Shown: positions 1 to 10,740 of the stretch, one piece after another
Layout of the letters: the number at the start of each line of letters is the position of its first letter
How positions within the stretch are numbered: position 1 is the first letter of the stretch
Notes under the pieces: generated by a model
Seen by the model: only the letters and a program-made list of their open reading frames with translations
Databases searched by the model: none
Told to the model about the DNA's origin: nothing
NCBI RefSeq assembly: GCF_964355755.1
Contig: NC_092671.1
Location: forward strand, 3,472,001-3,536,000
Reading direction: 5' to 3'
DNA: 64,000 bases
Source: Antedon mediterranea
Taxonomy: Eukaryota; Animalia; Echinodermata
Translations under genes and position numbers: made by a program

Positions 1-239
1 CCATTTAAGAACCAATGTAGGTCAATAGGACACTACATGTAACCCGTATTTCAAGGGATATCCATATTAAGGCAACACCTTTTTTGGTCTGGAGAAGGTG
101 TCCCCTTAGTAGACGTTCTTCTGTGTATGCTTCTATTCAGTGTTCAGTTTGTGTGTGTTCAATTCAGTTAAGTGTTTTAAGGGAAAAAGAGTTTACATCT
201 ACTGAAAATTGTATTTTGCCCAATTTGGATTTCTGGATC

Positions 240-332
240 AACAAGGCCATATACATGACTGCAGTCGCTTGCTCAAGTTAGTGTTTACCGACCAACCGAC
301 CGACATAGTGAGTTGTTACACGCGACGAAAAA
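240..332 (-). mobile_element. Short Helentron-associated (HINE/DINE-1-like) element
   Basis: Same ends and (CCGA)n tract as 11060-11168 and as the long copy at 30381-31193. Confidence 0.55.
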
Positions 333-419
333 TACATGGAAGCATACAATTTCTTTTCAAGATGCAGTATAACATATTTTAGTAGTATTTTTGAAAATGT
401 ATAATTTATTTTTATGCAG

Positions 420-2320
420 GGTGAAAGTGAAGGACCTGTTACCAAAAGTATTCGTATCACAGCAGCATTGATTCTAAAAAATATAGCTAAGTATTCACCA
501 GAGGGAAGAAGGTATGTACACTTTCATAATTTTTTTTTCTTCATAAAGCTCGGTTTCCACTATCGATGCAACGTTACACAACCTATGTAACGTAAGAAAA
601 TCCCCTTCTAAAATTGTGTTTGTCCATGTCTGTGTGAAATCAGACCTGTTTGCAGCACTGTTTTTTTTTTTACCATATTTATTGACGGTGATCCATCCAG
701 CAATTGCAGATCATTAAGGACCCTCAGAGGTTTAAAAGACAAACATATACACAAGATGCTCTACATAAACAAAGTCTTATTACAAGTCTTTGGGAGTGGA
801 GTTATAATTTGTCCTTAGAAAAAATCCTGACCCCTGTAGTGGTAGCCAAGCATCGTAACCACCAAGTCACAACTCCACTCCTGTTGCGTCGTTGGTTCCA
901 ACTTGTGATTACACAATACGCCACTTTTTGTGTTGCTGTGTTCTAGCTTGGTTCCCACTTGCATGGAATGCAGAAATGTAGACAAAACGTAAGTTAGATA
1001 ACCAGTTACAAGCGAAGGTTTGGATGATACATCCCATCGTGGGATTTCTTTAGTATTAAAATTCTGTAATTTAAAATGTTTGTAAACCAATTTTTTTCCC
1101 ATTTGGTTTACATTGAAAATGTACAGTACAGTATTATGTTTTCATGTCTTATTTAAATCAATGAATCTGTTGTTAACCACAAAATGGCTTATTATAATGA
1201 TTATAATAGGGAGGAAATGTATAATTGAAGAAATGTATAGCTAGTACTACTGTACATGCTTAATGTTCACATTATGTTGCTATGTACTACGTTGTATTGT
1301 GTCAACATTACATCATATGCTGTTAAGCTTAGGAAACAATTAAAGTGATCATACTATAAGACAATAATCATGATATAAATTAATACTGATCCTCGTTACA
1401 AGTATAAATAGTTTAGTCATGATTATCTGTGTCATACTCCTGATACTCATAGTGTGAGTCTGAGTCAACGATGCAACCTGTCGTTAAAAAGCTACATAAC
1501 GATGTTGCTCTTCTTTTATAACCACCATTTGTGACTTTTAAAATGTTTCATTCAAAATGTAATTAAAGTTTTGCTTCCTGACCATGTACGGTAAATAAGG
1601 TTATTATTCTAGGTAATCATTCAGTCATTTATCTTATAAGTAATGAAAATGATTCAGAAAATCAGTAAAAAAACATAGGTTAATAGAATTTAACAGAAAG
1701 TACAGAGAAAAACATTGTAGATTAGACTAATAAGCCTGTTCAAAATTAATGCAAAAACTATGTGGATAAATTTGGCATTCGATTGAGACTTTAAAGTTCA
1801 CTATTCTTTTGCCTTCCTTAACGAACAAACATGCGCTATCTAAATTGCAATGAAAAAAAGTAGTTTAGATTTCAGTTGCGCAAGTTTTCGAATCGGATAA
1901 ATTTTTTATTTGACCAAAGAGTTTCATAATGTAATGTAATTGTAGCTCACATTAAACCATTGTAAAACAAACCTTAAGAGCCTAAGTGCGAACGCTGGTC
2001 AAAAGTATTTATGACCTGTTGCTAAGAGAATATAAGATCTTTATTTGTCCAATAATATTACAATTGGAACATTGAATTCATTAATCATTAAAAAAAGCTA
2101 CATACATACATACAACACCCTAAAAATAAATATAAAAGTCCAGTGCCAACAAGGCTTTAGTCCCTATAGTTCAGGCAGGTAGATATTTAGTATTATTTTA
2201 TTTTTTTTTTTTAGAATGTTACGTCATCATGAATTTCACCTTGCACGGATCGTAATCAGTCAAGCAGAATCATCGTCTACGTTGGCGAAATGTCTAGAAG
2301 AAATGCAAAAGGACTCATGA
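420..2320 (+). CDS. ARID2: ARID2 (PBAF subunit BAF200), last two coding exons; gene starts upstream of the window
   Basis: Exons 420-511 (tgcag|...AG|gtatgt) and 2215-2320 (ttag|A...TGA) join in phase 2 to give [65 protein letters not shown], matching the ARID2 C-terminal motif ([19 protein letters not shown]...RRLLKRHE...[10 protein letters not shown]) as recalled. Confidence 0.9.
700..878 (-). mobile_element. tRNA-derived SINE, partial
   Basis: Shares agatgctctacataaacaaagtcttattacaagtcttt...gagtggagttataatttgtc and ggtagccaagcat with the copy at 38240-38406; B-box region deleted. Left boundary approximate. Confidence 0.6.
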
Positions 2321-3436
2321 CAAAAGGAATGACTCCTGTAGTCGCAACAACTTCCAAAATATTAAATTATATATTCCACCACTTTTGGTAATTAACAAAT
2401 ACAAACATAATCATTAAAAAAAAAACATATCTTCAAAACGAAAGAAAATTTAAAGTTGATATTTTTTGTACAGTATATTTATTTTCTAATTTTTTTTAGA
2501 GAAAAAATTACCTTTGTTGAAATTATTTGAATTTAAAAAATGATTGGTGTTTCCAGAAATATCAATACAGTTTTCAATATGTTTTTTTCTTAAAAATTGA
2601 GGTAATAGTAATATGATTCTGGCAACAGTTGTTGCTACTATTCATTACTATTATTAATTTTTTTTTTTACTATTCGAAAAAAAAAAATTGTATACTAACT
2701 TGACAAAAACACAATATATATATACATATAAATAAATAAAGTACATTACATTATTTAAGGTATAAATATGTACATTTAATTATTTATATTTATAAGTTAG
2801 ATGAAATTTAATATTTTTGAGATGCTGGAAGTTTATCATTGATAGTTTTCGTTGGTTTATCCTCCGTTAATTTACTCATAGGCTTGAATAATTTACAGTA
2901 ATTGCCGTAATTTTTTTTCAATGACAATCTCTGTTTCATGAAAAAAAAAAAACATGATAATTATTAAAATCTGTGTTTATTTGTGAATTTGTTTTTATTC
3001 ATTAAATAAATTAAATAATTATTAGATAATTGTGTGTGTTTTGACAAATATATTTCTGATTTTTGCTAGTGAATAATCATTAAATGTGTGTTGTGTACAT
3101 ATATATTTAAGGGAAGATTTTTTACTTCAGATAGTGGCAGGGACTTTGAGTGTAAACGTTTGCATATTGCTTTCAATTCATTTATTTGGTTATTTTTCTC
3201 CTTAAATGGTTAAATGGAACATCTGTATGTCAATTCAGTGATGCATGAATAGTCAATAGACAGGCATAACTGAAAGAGGGCGCTATTGCATGACATGATA
3301 CAGTAGAACCCCTTCTTTGGAACACCTCTATTAAGGGGACACTTTGATGAAAAATATTGGCTGCTTGTAACAAGAATCTGTTAAAATTCAGGTATATATT
3401 GCATTCCCTGACAGCGTTGTAATAAAATTACTATAA

Positions 3437-3803
3437 TTGGTTATCCGCACTTGGCGGATAACCCCTTGTTATTGTCAGGATCTTTTTTTTTTTTTTCGAT
3501 ATTCTTCTTTCTTTCCACGAATTTTGTTCGCAGCGTATCTCTAATTCTAGCCAACATAAGATTCTATAACTTTGTCATAAGATTGACCTGTAGATGTGCA
3601 AGAAACTTTTTTTTTCGAATTTCGAGTCACGCAGCGTAAGTTACGCGCTATTTTATGAATTTTAATGATTGATCATAGAATAAAAACTAAAAGTCATTTT
3701 GTATTGAAACTTTCTATGGATTAAAAATGGCATGTTTTACATAAAGTTACGAGCGCTGCGGATAACCTAACTGGTCCGTAGTGACGAGTTCAAATCTAGT
3801 ATT
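3437..3803 (+). mobile_element. Helentron-like non-autonomous element (second family)
   Basis: 5' hairpin ggttatccgcacttggcggataacc and a subterminal inverted copy tgcggataacc about 35 bp before a 3' end at tctagtatt; no TSD seen. Confidence 0.45.
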
Positions 3804-4126
3804 AATTTAATGCTTTTTTTTTATACTTTTGATAATTTTTTTATCTGATAAACCAAAAATTATTTGTCAAATTATTTCATGATTTTTTAATTGAATTTTT
3901 GATCCAAGATTTTAAAAAGTGCTATTAATTCAACCCAAAATTGAAAGTATACATTTAAATTAATCCTTTAAAAATAAATTTAGTTTAAAAATGAAAAATG
4001 ATACTGAATTTGATAACTCATGGTCTATTACTGTGAATGTAAGTTGAAAAAACTTTTCTGGTGAATTATCACATTTTTAGATGTTTTGGTTCAAGGTAGT
4101 GTAGCATACCTATAATCATATGAATA

Positions 4127-4388
4127 CAGTAAAACCCTACTTTTGGACACCCCTATTCATGGACACACCTATAAAGGGAACACCCTATTCAAGGGACTCA
4201 CCTATAAAGGGAACACCCTATTCAAGGGATGCCACATTCAGGGGGAACCCTATCAAGGGGACAATTTCTTGTGAGACGACAATGAGTAATACAGTACAGT
4301 ACATGTAGTGCTTTAGCACTATGGCCACTATCCCCACCCCCTCCTTATTAGGGGAACAATTTGTTGGTTCCCGTTAGAGGTTCTACTG
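4127..4388. mobile_element. Tc1/mariner-pogo-like MITE (CAGTAGAACC family)
   Basis: TA|cagtaaaaccct ... agaggttctactg|TA; internal tandem acctataaagggaacaccctattcaaggga. Related fragments at 1-124, ~3300-3345, ~34600, ~40820-40950, ~54475-54730. Confidence 0.65.
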
Positions 4389-5849
4389 TATTCATTCAAC
4401 CATTTATTTAAAAAAAAATCATTGCAACATTTTGTTTTTAAATTTGTTTATGTATTATATTGTTTGAGAGATTAAAATGAGAAAGTTTATAAACGTTAAT
4501 AAACTCAATTAAAAATAAATTTTCGTACGTACGTCATTAAAGCAATATGCATTATTTATTCTCAAAAATATAAACGTTAGAATGTGCTATAATTTGTGTT
4601 TTAAATATGAATTTTTCGGTGCTGTTATCATTTTGATATCACAGCAAGTTTTTATATTTAATTTTTTTGTATTTATGTAATAAAAAAATATCAATTACAG
4701 AGATATGATTAAAAATAATGATGCTAAGATAAATTTAAAAAAATGAATTACTGTTATGAAATAATCAAATCAACCCATTTTGTAAATTTGCAACTTCGAA
4801 ATCGAAAATGTTGCAAAAATGTTTAAAATAGAAATTGTAAATATTCTAGTAAATGTTTTTTTGTTGTTATTTTCCTTGTTTATTTAATCTTGTTTGTATT
4901 CACTTCTTACCGGTACCTTATTTTTCTTTTTTATAATTTCACTTCCAGCTCAACCATAAGTGTACATAACATTTTTTTATTGTAATATGTCCAGGACAAA
5001 TTGTATTAGGCGATTCAACCAAACTCAAGATATGTATGAGGTAGAGAAGAGACTCGTAAACTTGTTAATTGATAATTGAAATGAGTTGCTATTCAAACTG
5101 AAGGAAGGTATCATAGCACTAAATATACTGTAAAATGTATTTATTTCAATGTATGTGGTATAGCCTGTTTTCCAATAGGTGAATTGTTCGAACAAACTCA
5201 ATGTTTTTGCAGAGAAAACAAAATCGCAGTATCTTTTCCCACTACAAGAGCAAATAGTTGCGATTTTCATTTCTATCGAGTGTCTGTTGAGGTGTTGGAT
5301 TCGCATGATTTTTTTTTCTTCGCAAAAAGTAGAAACTATTAATCTCGCTGAAGCAAAAAACTAGAATTTGTCGCAGAAAGGGATTTGGAAGATGGAAACA
5401 TAAATAAGCATGCGCTTTAGTCAACGATTTGATTCATTTTCAAATTCACCTCTTGGAAAACAGGCTTAAGGAAAGTGTGAAAACTTCTTAAAATAAATGC
5501 CATCTAAATTTCTATTTATATGAATCAGTCTTTCGTTCAACTTGTATTTTTTAACAAGTTTACATTTTTCAATGAATTAATGAGCTGTAGGTGATTTTTA
5601 GTACTTTGACCTATAAGTCAGAGGTCATAGCTATCTCTTGAGTAAATATATTAGGGAAAAAAATAAAATGAGACTTTGCACCATAATTTATTTTGATGAA
5701 TTTTTTTTTCAATTTTATGATTGTCCTCTGCTGTCCGAAAGTTTGTGTGGAAGACCAATTACGTCAAAAAAGAAAATCATAATATGAAGTCAGTCAGTCA
5801 GTGTTGACAATATTGTAATCATTATCTTTGAGCTAAATTCAATTTTCAT

Positions 5850-6290
5850 AATGTGGCCATTTTCATCTCTATCACTTTTGAAATCGCTTTCTTGGAGCTA
5901 TGGAAAAGTCACCTCAATCGTCATTATTTTTTATGTAAATTGTCATTGTTATCAATGTGGAAATTGTCACCTCAATCAATATTGAAATCTTCATTATTTT
6001 GGAACTATGTAAATTGTCATTGTCATCAATGTGGAAATTGTCACCTCAATCAATATTAAAATCTTCATTTTTTTGGAACTATGTAAATTTTCATTGTTTA
6101 TATGGAAATTGTCACCTCAATTACTATTGAAATCGTCATTATCGATCAACTATGTAAATTGTAATTGTCATCAATGGGGGAAATTGTCACCTAAATCAAT
6201 ATGAACATTTTTCATTATCGTGAAGCTATGGAAATTGTCATTAATAAGAAAATCGTCATTTCCAGCAATATGGAAGTCATCATATCTTGG
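5850..6290. repeat. Degenerate ~74-bp tandem repeat, about 5-6 copies
   Basis: atgtaaattgtcattg...aatgtggaaattgtcacctcaatcaat recurs at 5933, 6007, 6081, 6152 and ~6228. Confidence 0.8.
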
Positions 6291-6821
6291 AAGTCACCAG
6301 TGTAGCACTATGGAATGTAATCAATGGTGCTGTAATGATCATGGAATTCGTCATACATACATATGGGATCCTCCTCTTATACATTGTAGAGCTGGAGTCA
6401 AGGTGTTCGTTGAGTGTGGCTTTGGCTTGCCCAATTTATAAATCTAAAATAAGAGATTTTAATCCATGGATCACTATAATACCATTTTGTTTGGACAGCA
6501 AACGGCATCTTTTTTGTAAACAATGTATACGATATCGGAAACATCCTCCCTCAAGAATCGGGATCCATTGTCCATAATTTTTCATTACAAAATCAAGTCT
6601 ACGCCCTTGCTATAATTTAAATAAGCAATTGCCATTAACTACGAGGTAAAGAACATTAATTTTAATCAAACTTCACAAAAACTTCAAAAAGTATGTTCCA
6701 AATTTACAACAATTGAAATAGTGCAGTACATAAAAATCTTATAGTAAGTGCACTTAATTACCTTACTGTAGTAAAACCTTAATTAAAAAACTTATTAAAA
6801 AACAATTAACGAATGTAAGAC

Positions 6822-6985
6822 TTAGTTGATAACACTACATTTCTTTTTCAATTATGATTCTTTTTCTATCAATGTCCACCAGTATGTCAATTTCTATGTT
6901 GAGTTTACGTCTCTCTAATTCAAGTTTTTGTGACACAAGGTCTAAGAGGTCTTGTTGCATTTGTACTGATGACTATGAAGAGCAT
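6822..6985 (-). pseudogene. Duplicated, degenerate copy of the 3' coding end of the MSANTD-like gene
   Basis: Aligns with 7517-7678; reads SS*SSVQMQQDLLDLVSQKLELERRKLNIEIDILVDIDRKRIIIEKEM*. Confidence 0.75.
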
Positions 6986-7015
6986 GTCATTGTCATCAGT
7001 GTTGAAATTATCATT

Positions 7016-7478
7016 AGGGACTTTACGAAACAGGACAAAGTGGGCGGAGCTTAGCATGAAATTCTGTCATCTTTTTGAGGTCAATAAAGTTGCCATTTTC
7101 CCGTTTACGAAGAAAAACTAGAATTAATGTACATATAACCTTAAATATAAAGTTCAAATTACAATTAAACATGGAATTTTCAAAACTCTAAATAATATTT
7201 GAACTTCCAATTTAATTGTTTAATGAAATAACATTTTTATTGGGTTAAAATGGCCTGTGTTTAAATGTAACGAAGGCTAAGCTTATACTGTATCACCAGA
7301 GCCAAGCGATTTAGAAGGGCCCTGCGCTATGAGACAGGGGAAGGATCGGAGAGATATACTGCCGGTCGTCGTCTTCCCGCATGGGTGCGTAACTAATAAA
7401 ACGGCTATGACTTTTACGCTTTAACGAACACAGGATATTCGTCATCCTCCCTTATCCGTCGTGTTTCGTAAAGTCCCT
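7016..7478. mobile_element. MITE with TIRs AGGGACTTTACGAAAC
   Basis: agggactttacgaaac(ag)gac ... gtc(gt)gtttcgtaaagtccct flanked by att/att (or TA/TA if the TIR starts at GGG); it splits one unit of the 74-bp repeat. Confidence 0.75.
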
Positions 7479-7516
7479 ATTGTCATCAATGTAGACATTG
7501 TCATCTCAATCAAGGC

Positions 7517-9941
7517 TTAGTTGACAGTATTGTACAGTTCTTTTTCAATTATGATTCTTTTTCTATCAATGTCCAGTATGTCAATCTCTATGTTGAGTTT
7601 ACGTCTCTCTAATTCTAGTTTTTGTGACGCAAGGTCCAAGAGGTCTTGTTGCATTTGTACAGATGATGATGATGAGCACGGAATTTGAGCATGTCCTCCG
7701 GTCAAACCTGTATCTGCGATCACAAGTTGACCATTGCTTGGTGAATGCGCTTCATCCTTGTGAATTGTTGGTTTTCTTTTCGATGGCAAGTCTTCCAATT
7801 CTGCAGCAGCTAAGTTCATATATTTACTAAAAGAAAATCATAAAAATATGTAATCATGTACTAGGCCTAGTACTCAATATGCTATTTCTATATTATCAAA
7901 TAGAATTTCAATAACTTTTGTATGGATGGTGTGCATATCCAACCCACTCTTTGAAATTGATACCTGTCAGCTCAGAGGACTAGTTATAATAATATAGTAT
8001 AAAAAGCTAATTTTCAGAAATTATATTTACTATGGCTCAAGTTAGTAGGCACTATGATGGGTTAATTCAATTTATTATATTAATCTTAGAACTATACATT
8101 TATTATATTTATTTAATAGTTGTATTAGCAGGTAGTTCTTAATTGCAATCTTTAATCTATACTATATATAATGTATATATAGTATATACTATATATATAC
8201 TGGAATTATAATTTATGTATACATATTTTTTTTTTCATTTACCAATATCGGTAGTTATTTCATTTATAATTATCATGAAACTATTGAAATATAATTTAAA
8301 TAATTTTTATAAAGAAGATGTTAGTTATGTTATTATACTGTAATTTTTTATCCTAAATTATATAATTATATATTCTAGGTTATTTTTATTTTTTTAGTAA
8401 TGTGTTTTGTTATGGGTCCCTACGAGACAAGTTTTTAACTTCTAGAAGGGATCCATGATAATATTAATATTAATAATGACTATCAATTACTGCTTTATCT
8501 ATGTTCACTTTAATATCTTTTTTCTATTTTGTATATATTCATTCATTATTATCTAAATAAATATTATCTGAATCTGAATCTGAATAAGAACTAATAAATT
8601 AACAACTCTCTGATACTTTATAATTAGTAGTATTTTAGTACTGTACTTTTGTACTTCATCACAGTCAGTGACGTCATTTGCCTTGATGGTAAACCCTGGG
8701 AATGGTGACGATGGTTTAGGTTGATAGTCAGGCGGCATGATTGCGGTTTCTTTTTGGAGCTCGTGATCTTGAGAAATAAGGACGAAAAAAGACAATTATT
8801 TAAATATCTGGTTAAGCTCATGAAACCTATACAACACATTTTCTAGTAACTATAATAACTAGCTAGTATAAATAAGTACCTGTACGGCTAAATAAAAACA
8901 TTAGGCTGATAGATATTGATAAAATAATTTACAGTTTTTATACGTCCCCGTCCCCCGCGCGCGAGTAAAAATGTTACACACTGTTGTACGCGGTGTGGAA
9001 AGCACAAAAGGTGGTTGTTGGTTGGAACTCAAACGACATGCTTTATTATAATGTTGTTTTATCTCATTTACATATCATGGCCGAGGTTGAGAATTTTATA
9101 CTTTAGTGACAATAAATTGACCACACACTAATAAAATAATGACATATAGTTAGAAGAAGCATCTATTTTTCTGAATTCCAATGATGGCTGCCTAGTACAA
9201 CCCGGGGGACGTACCTAGCCTAGCCTACTATATAGGCCTAGGCCCTAGGCCTAGTTCTTATTCTCTAGGCCTAGCTAGGCCTAATAACGAGTATTTCAAA
9301 AGTATAAAGTAAACTTGGTATAGTAGTACATCCTCCTACGAAACTTGCATACAACTATACAATCACATTTATATTTTAACTAAATTAGGAGATAGGGCCT
9401 AGGCCTCTAAATAAAAGTTATTTTACAACGAACAACTTAGTTTAGAATAGAATAGCATTTAGCCGGTCAGCGAGTCCTCGTGTTACTTGGGTTATTGTAA
9501 GACGAGCGTCTACACAGATTACTCACCTCCTGAAACTTGTTCCATCTTCTGTTTCTTTTTCACTGTTCCCAAAAATTTCTTTTTACCTTCATAAAAGCAG
9601 ATATTGTGCCACTTTTTACGCACCTCTTTCACTGTTCGTTCACATGTGGATACCTGTGAAACTGTCTGCCAAATAGCTTGCCAAGCCACTCGCTTTTCCT
9701 CTTTCGCTCTTCTATCGTTTCCACCTTCCAGTATTACGCGATAACGTTTATATTCGTTCATTAACAGTTTTCTTTCATCTTCACTCCAATTTGGCTGTCT
9801 TTGGGTAAAACCTATCCGTCTTCGTGGGTTAGATTTTGCCGAGAGATTCAGAGGAAAACTATTGTTATTTTCCATTGGTGGTGGTGAAGTTGAAACTAAA
9901 CCGGGTGACGAAACGTTCACAAGTTGATAATACCACGCCAT
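7517..9941 (-). CDS. Myb/SANT-like DNA-binding domain protein with C-terminal coiled coil (MSANTD/Harbinger-derived type), ~281 aa
   Basis: Exons 9941-9527 (GGAG|gtgagt), 8767-8647 and 7826-7517 join in phases 1 and 2. RQPNWSEDERKLLMNEY...AWQAIWQTVSQ...RTVKEVRKKWHNI is a typical trihelix Myb/SANT-like motif; tail LLDLASQKLELERRKLNIEIDILDIDRKR is coiled-coil-like. The exon 2 donor (gtacag) is weak. Confidence 0.8.
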
Positions 9942-10740
9942 GCTTAGTATAGTTTGAGGGGGAACTGCTGACTGGGCGCGCACACGGCGGTCTGTGCGTG
10001 CTCTGTGCACCACCTCAGCTGCTGCTTAGTTACCTAATCCGCCAATGAGTTAATATTAGATCATGGAGGTATAAAAATATTTTTTTTATACCTCCTCCAT
10101 GATTAGATTATGGTTTATCTAGTAGGCCTGGGTTTATTTTTGTTTTTATAATACTGCATGGTGTCATGTAATATTCTGATAAACTAATTTGACGTAGGCC
10201 TACATCCTATAATGCCTAGGACCAGATGTTATTCACGTACTGTTAAAAAATAATTATTACAGTTTTATTAATATATTTAATTATCCCAAATAGTAGTCCG
10301 TTTTTTATAATCTATGATGATGCAATTATTGATTTGTAAAAATGGCCCTTTTTATGTTATTGTTAGTGGACGACTTTTCGTTTTTTTGGAAAATATTTAT
10401 CTTTTTACTAATATTAGTTAAGTCAATTTGCCGTCTACTAGTAATGTATAGAACCAACCTAGACTATGCGCGCCATATTTGTATTTCGCGCGTAAACACA
10501 AATGATCGGAAGAGATGACCACTACAACTAGGGAGAAGCCCAGCAGTGCGTGGTTAATTCGAAGCGTAACCATTCTGGTCGCGTTACTTCTTCCAAGGTT
10601 ACTACTGGTCTTGTTTTGGATACGTGGAACGTTTGAAAAAAACATGGGGTTAATCTTTTTTTTATTGGGAGATAATTTTTTATTTTAAATCTCCCATATT
10701 ATCAATTAAAATGATATTTAGACTGTTAGAATCTAATAAA
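9942..10740. promoter_or_regulatory. Candidate bidirectional promoter region
   Basis: 800 bp between two divergent ATGs; CpG-containing patches (gggcgcgcacacggcgg, tttcgcgcgtaaa) and a CCAAT near 10042. Confidence 0.45.

Noticed and set aside
6290-6615. Possible additional exons downstream of the MSANTD-like gene
   Set aside because: Acceptor-like sites exist on the minus strand, but frames are short, unrecognisable and lie beyond the stop codon.
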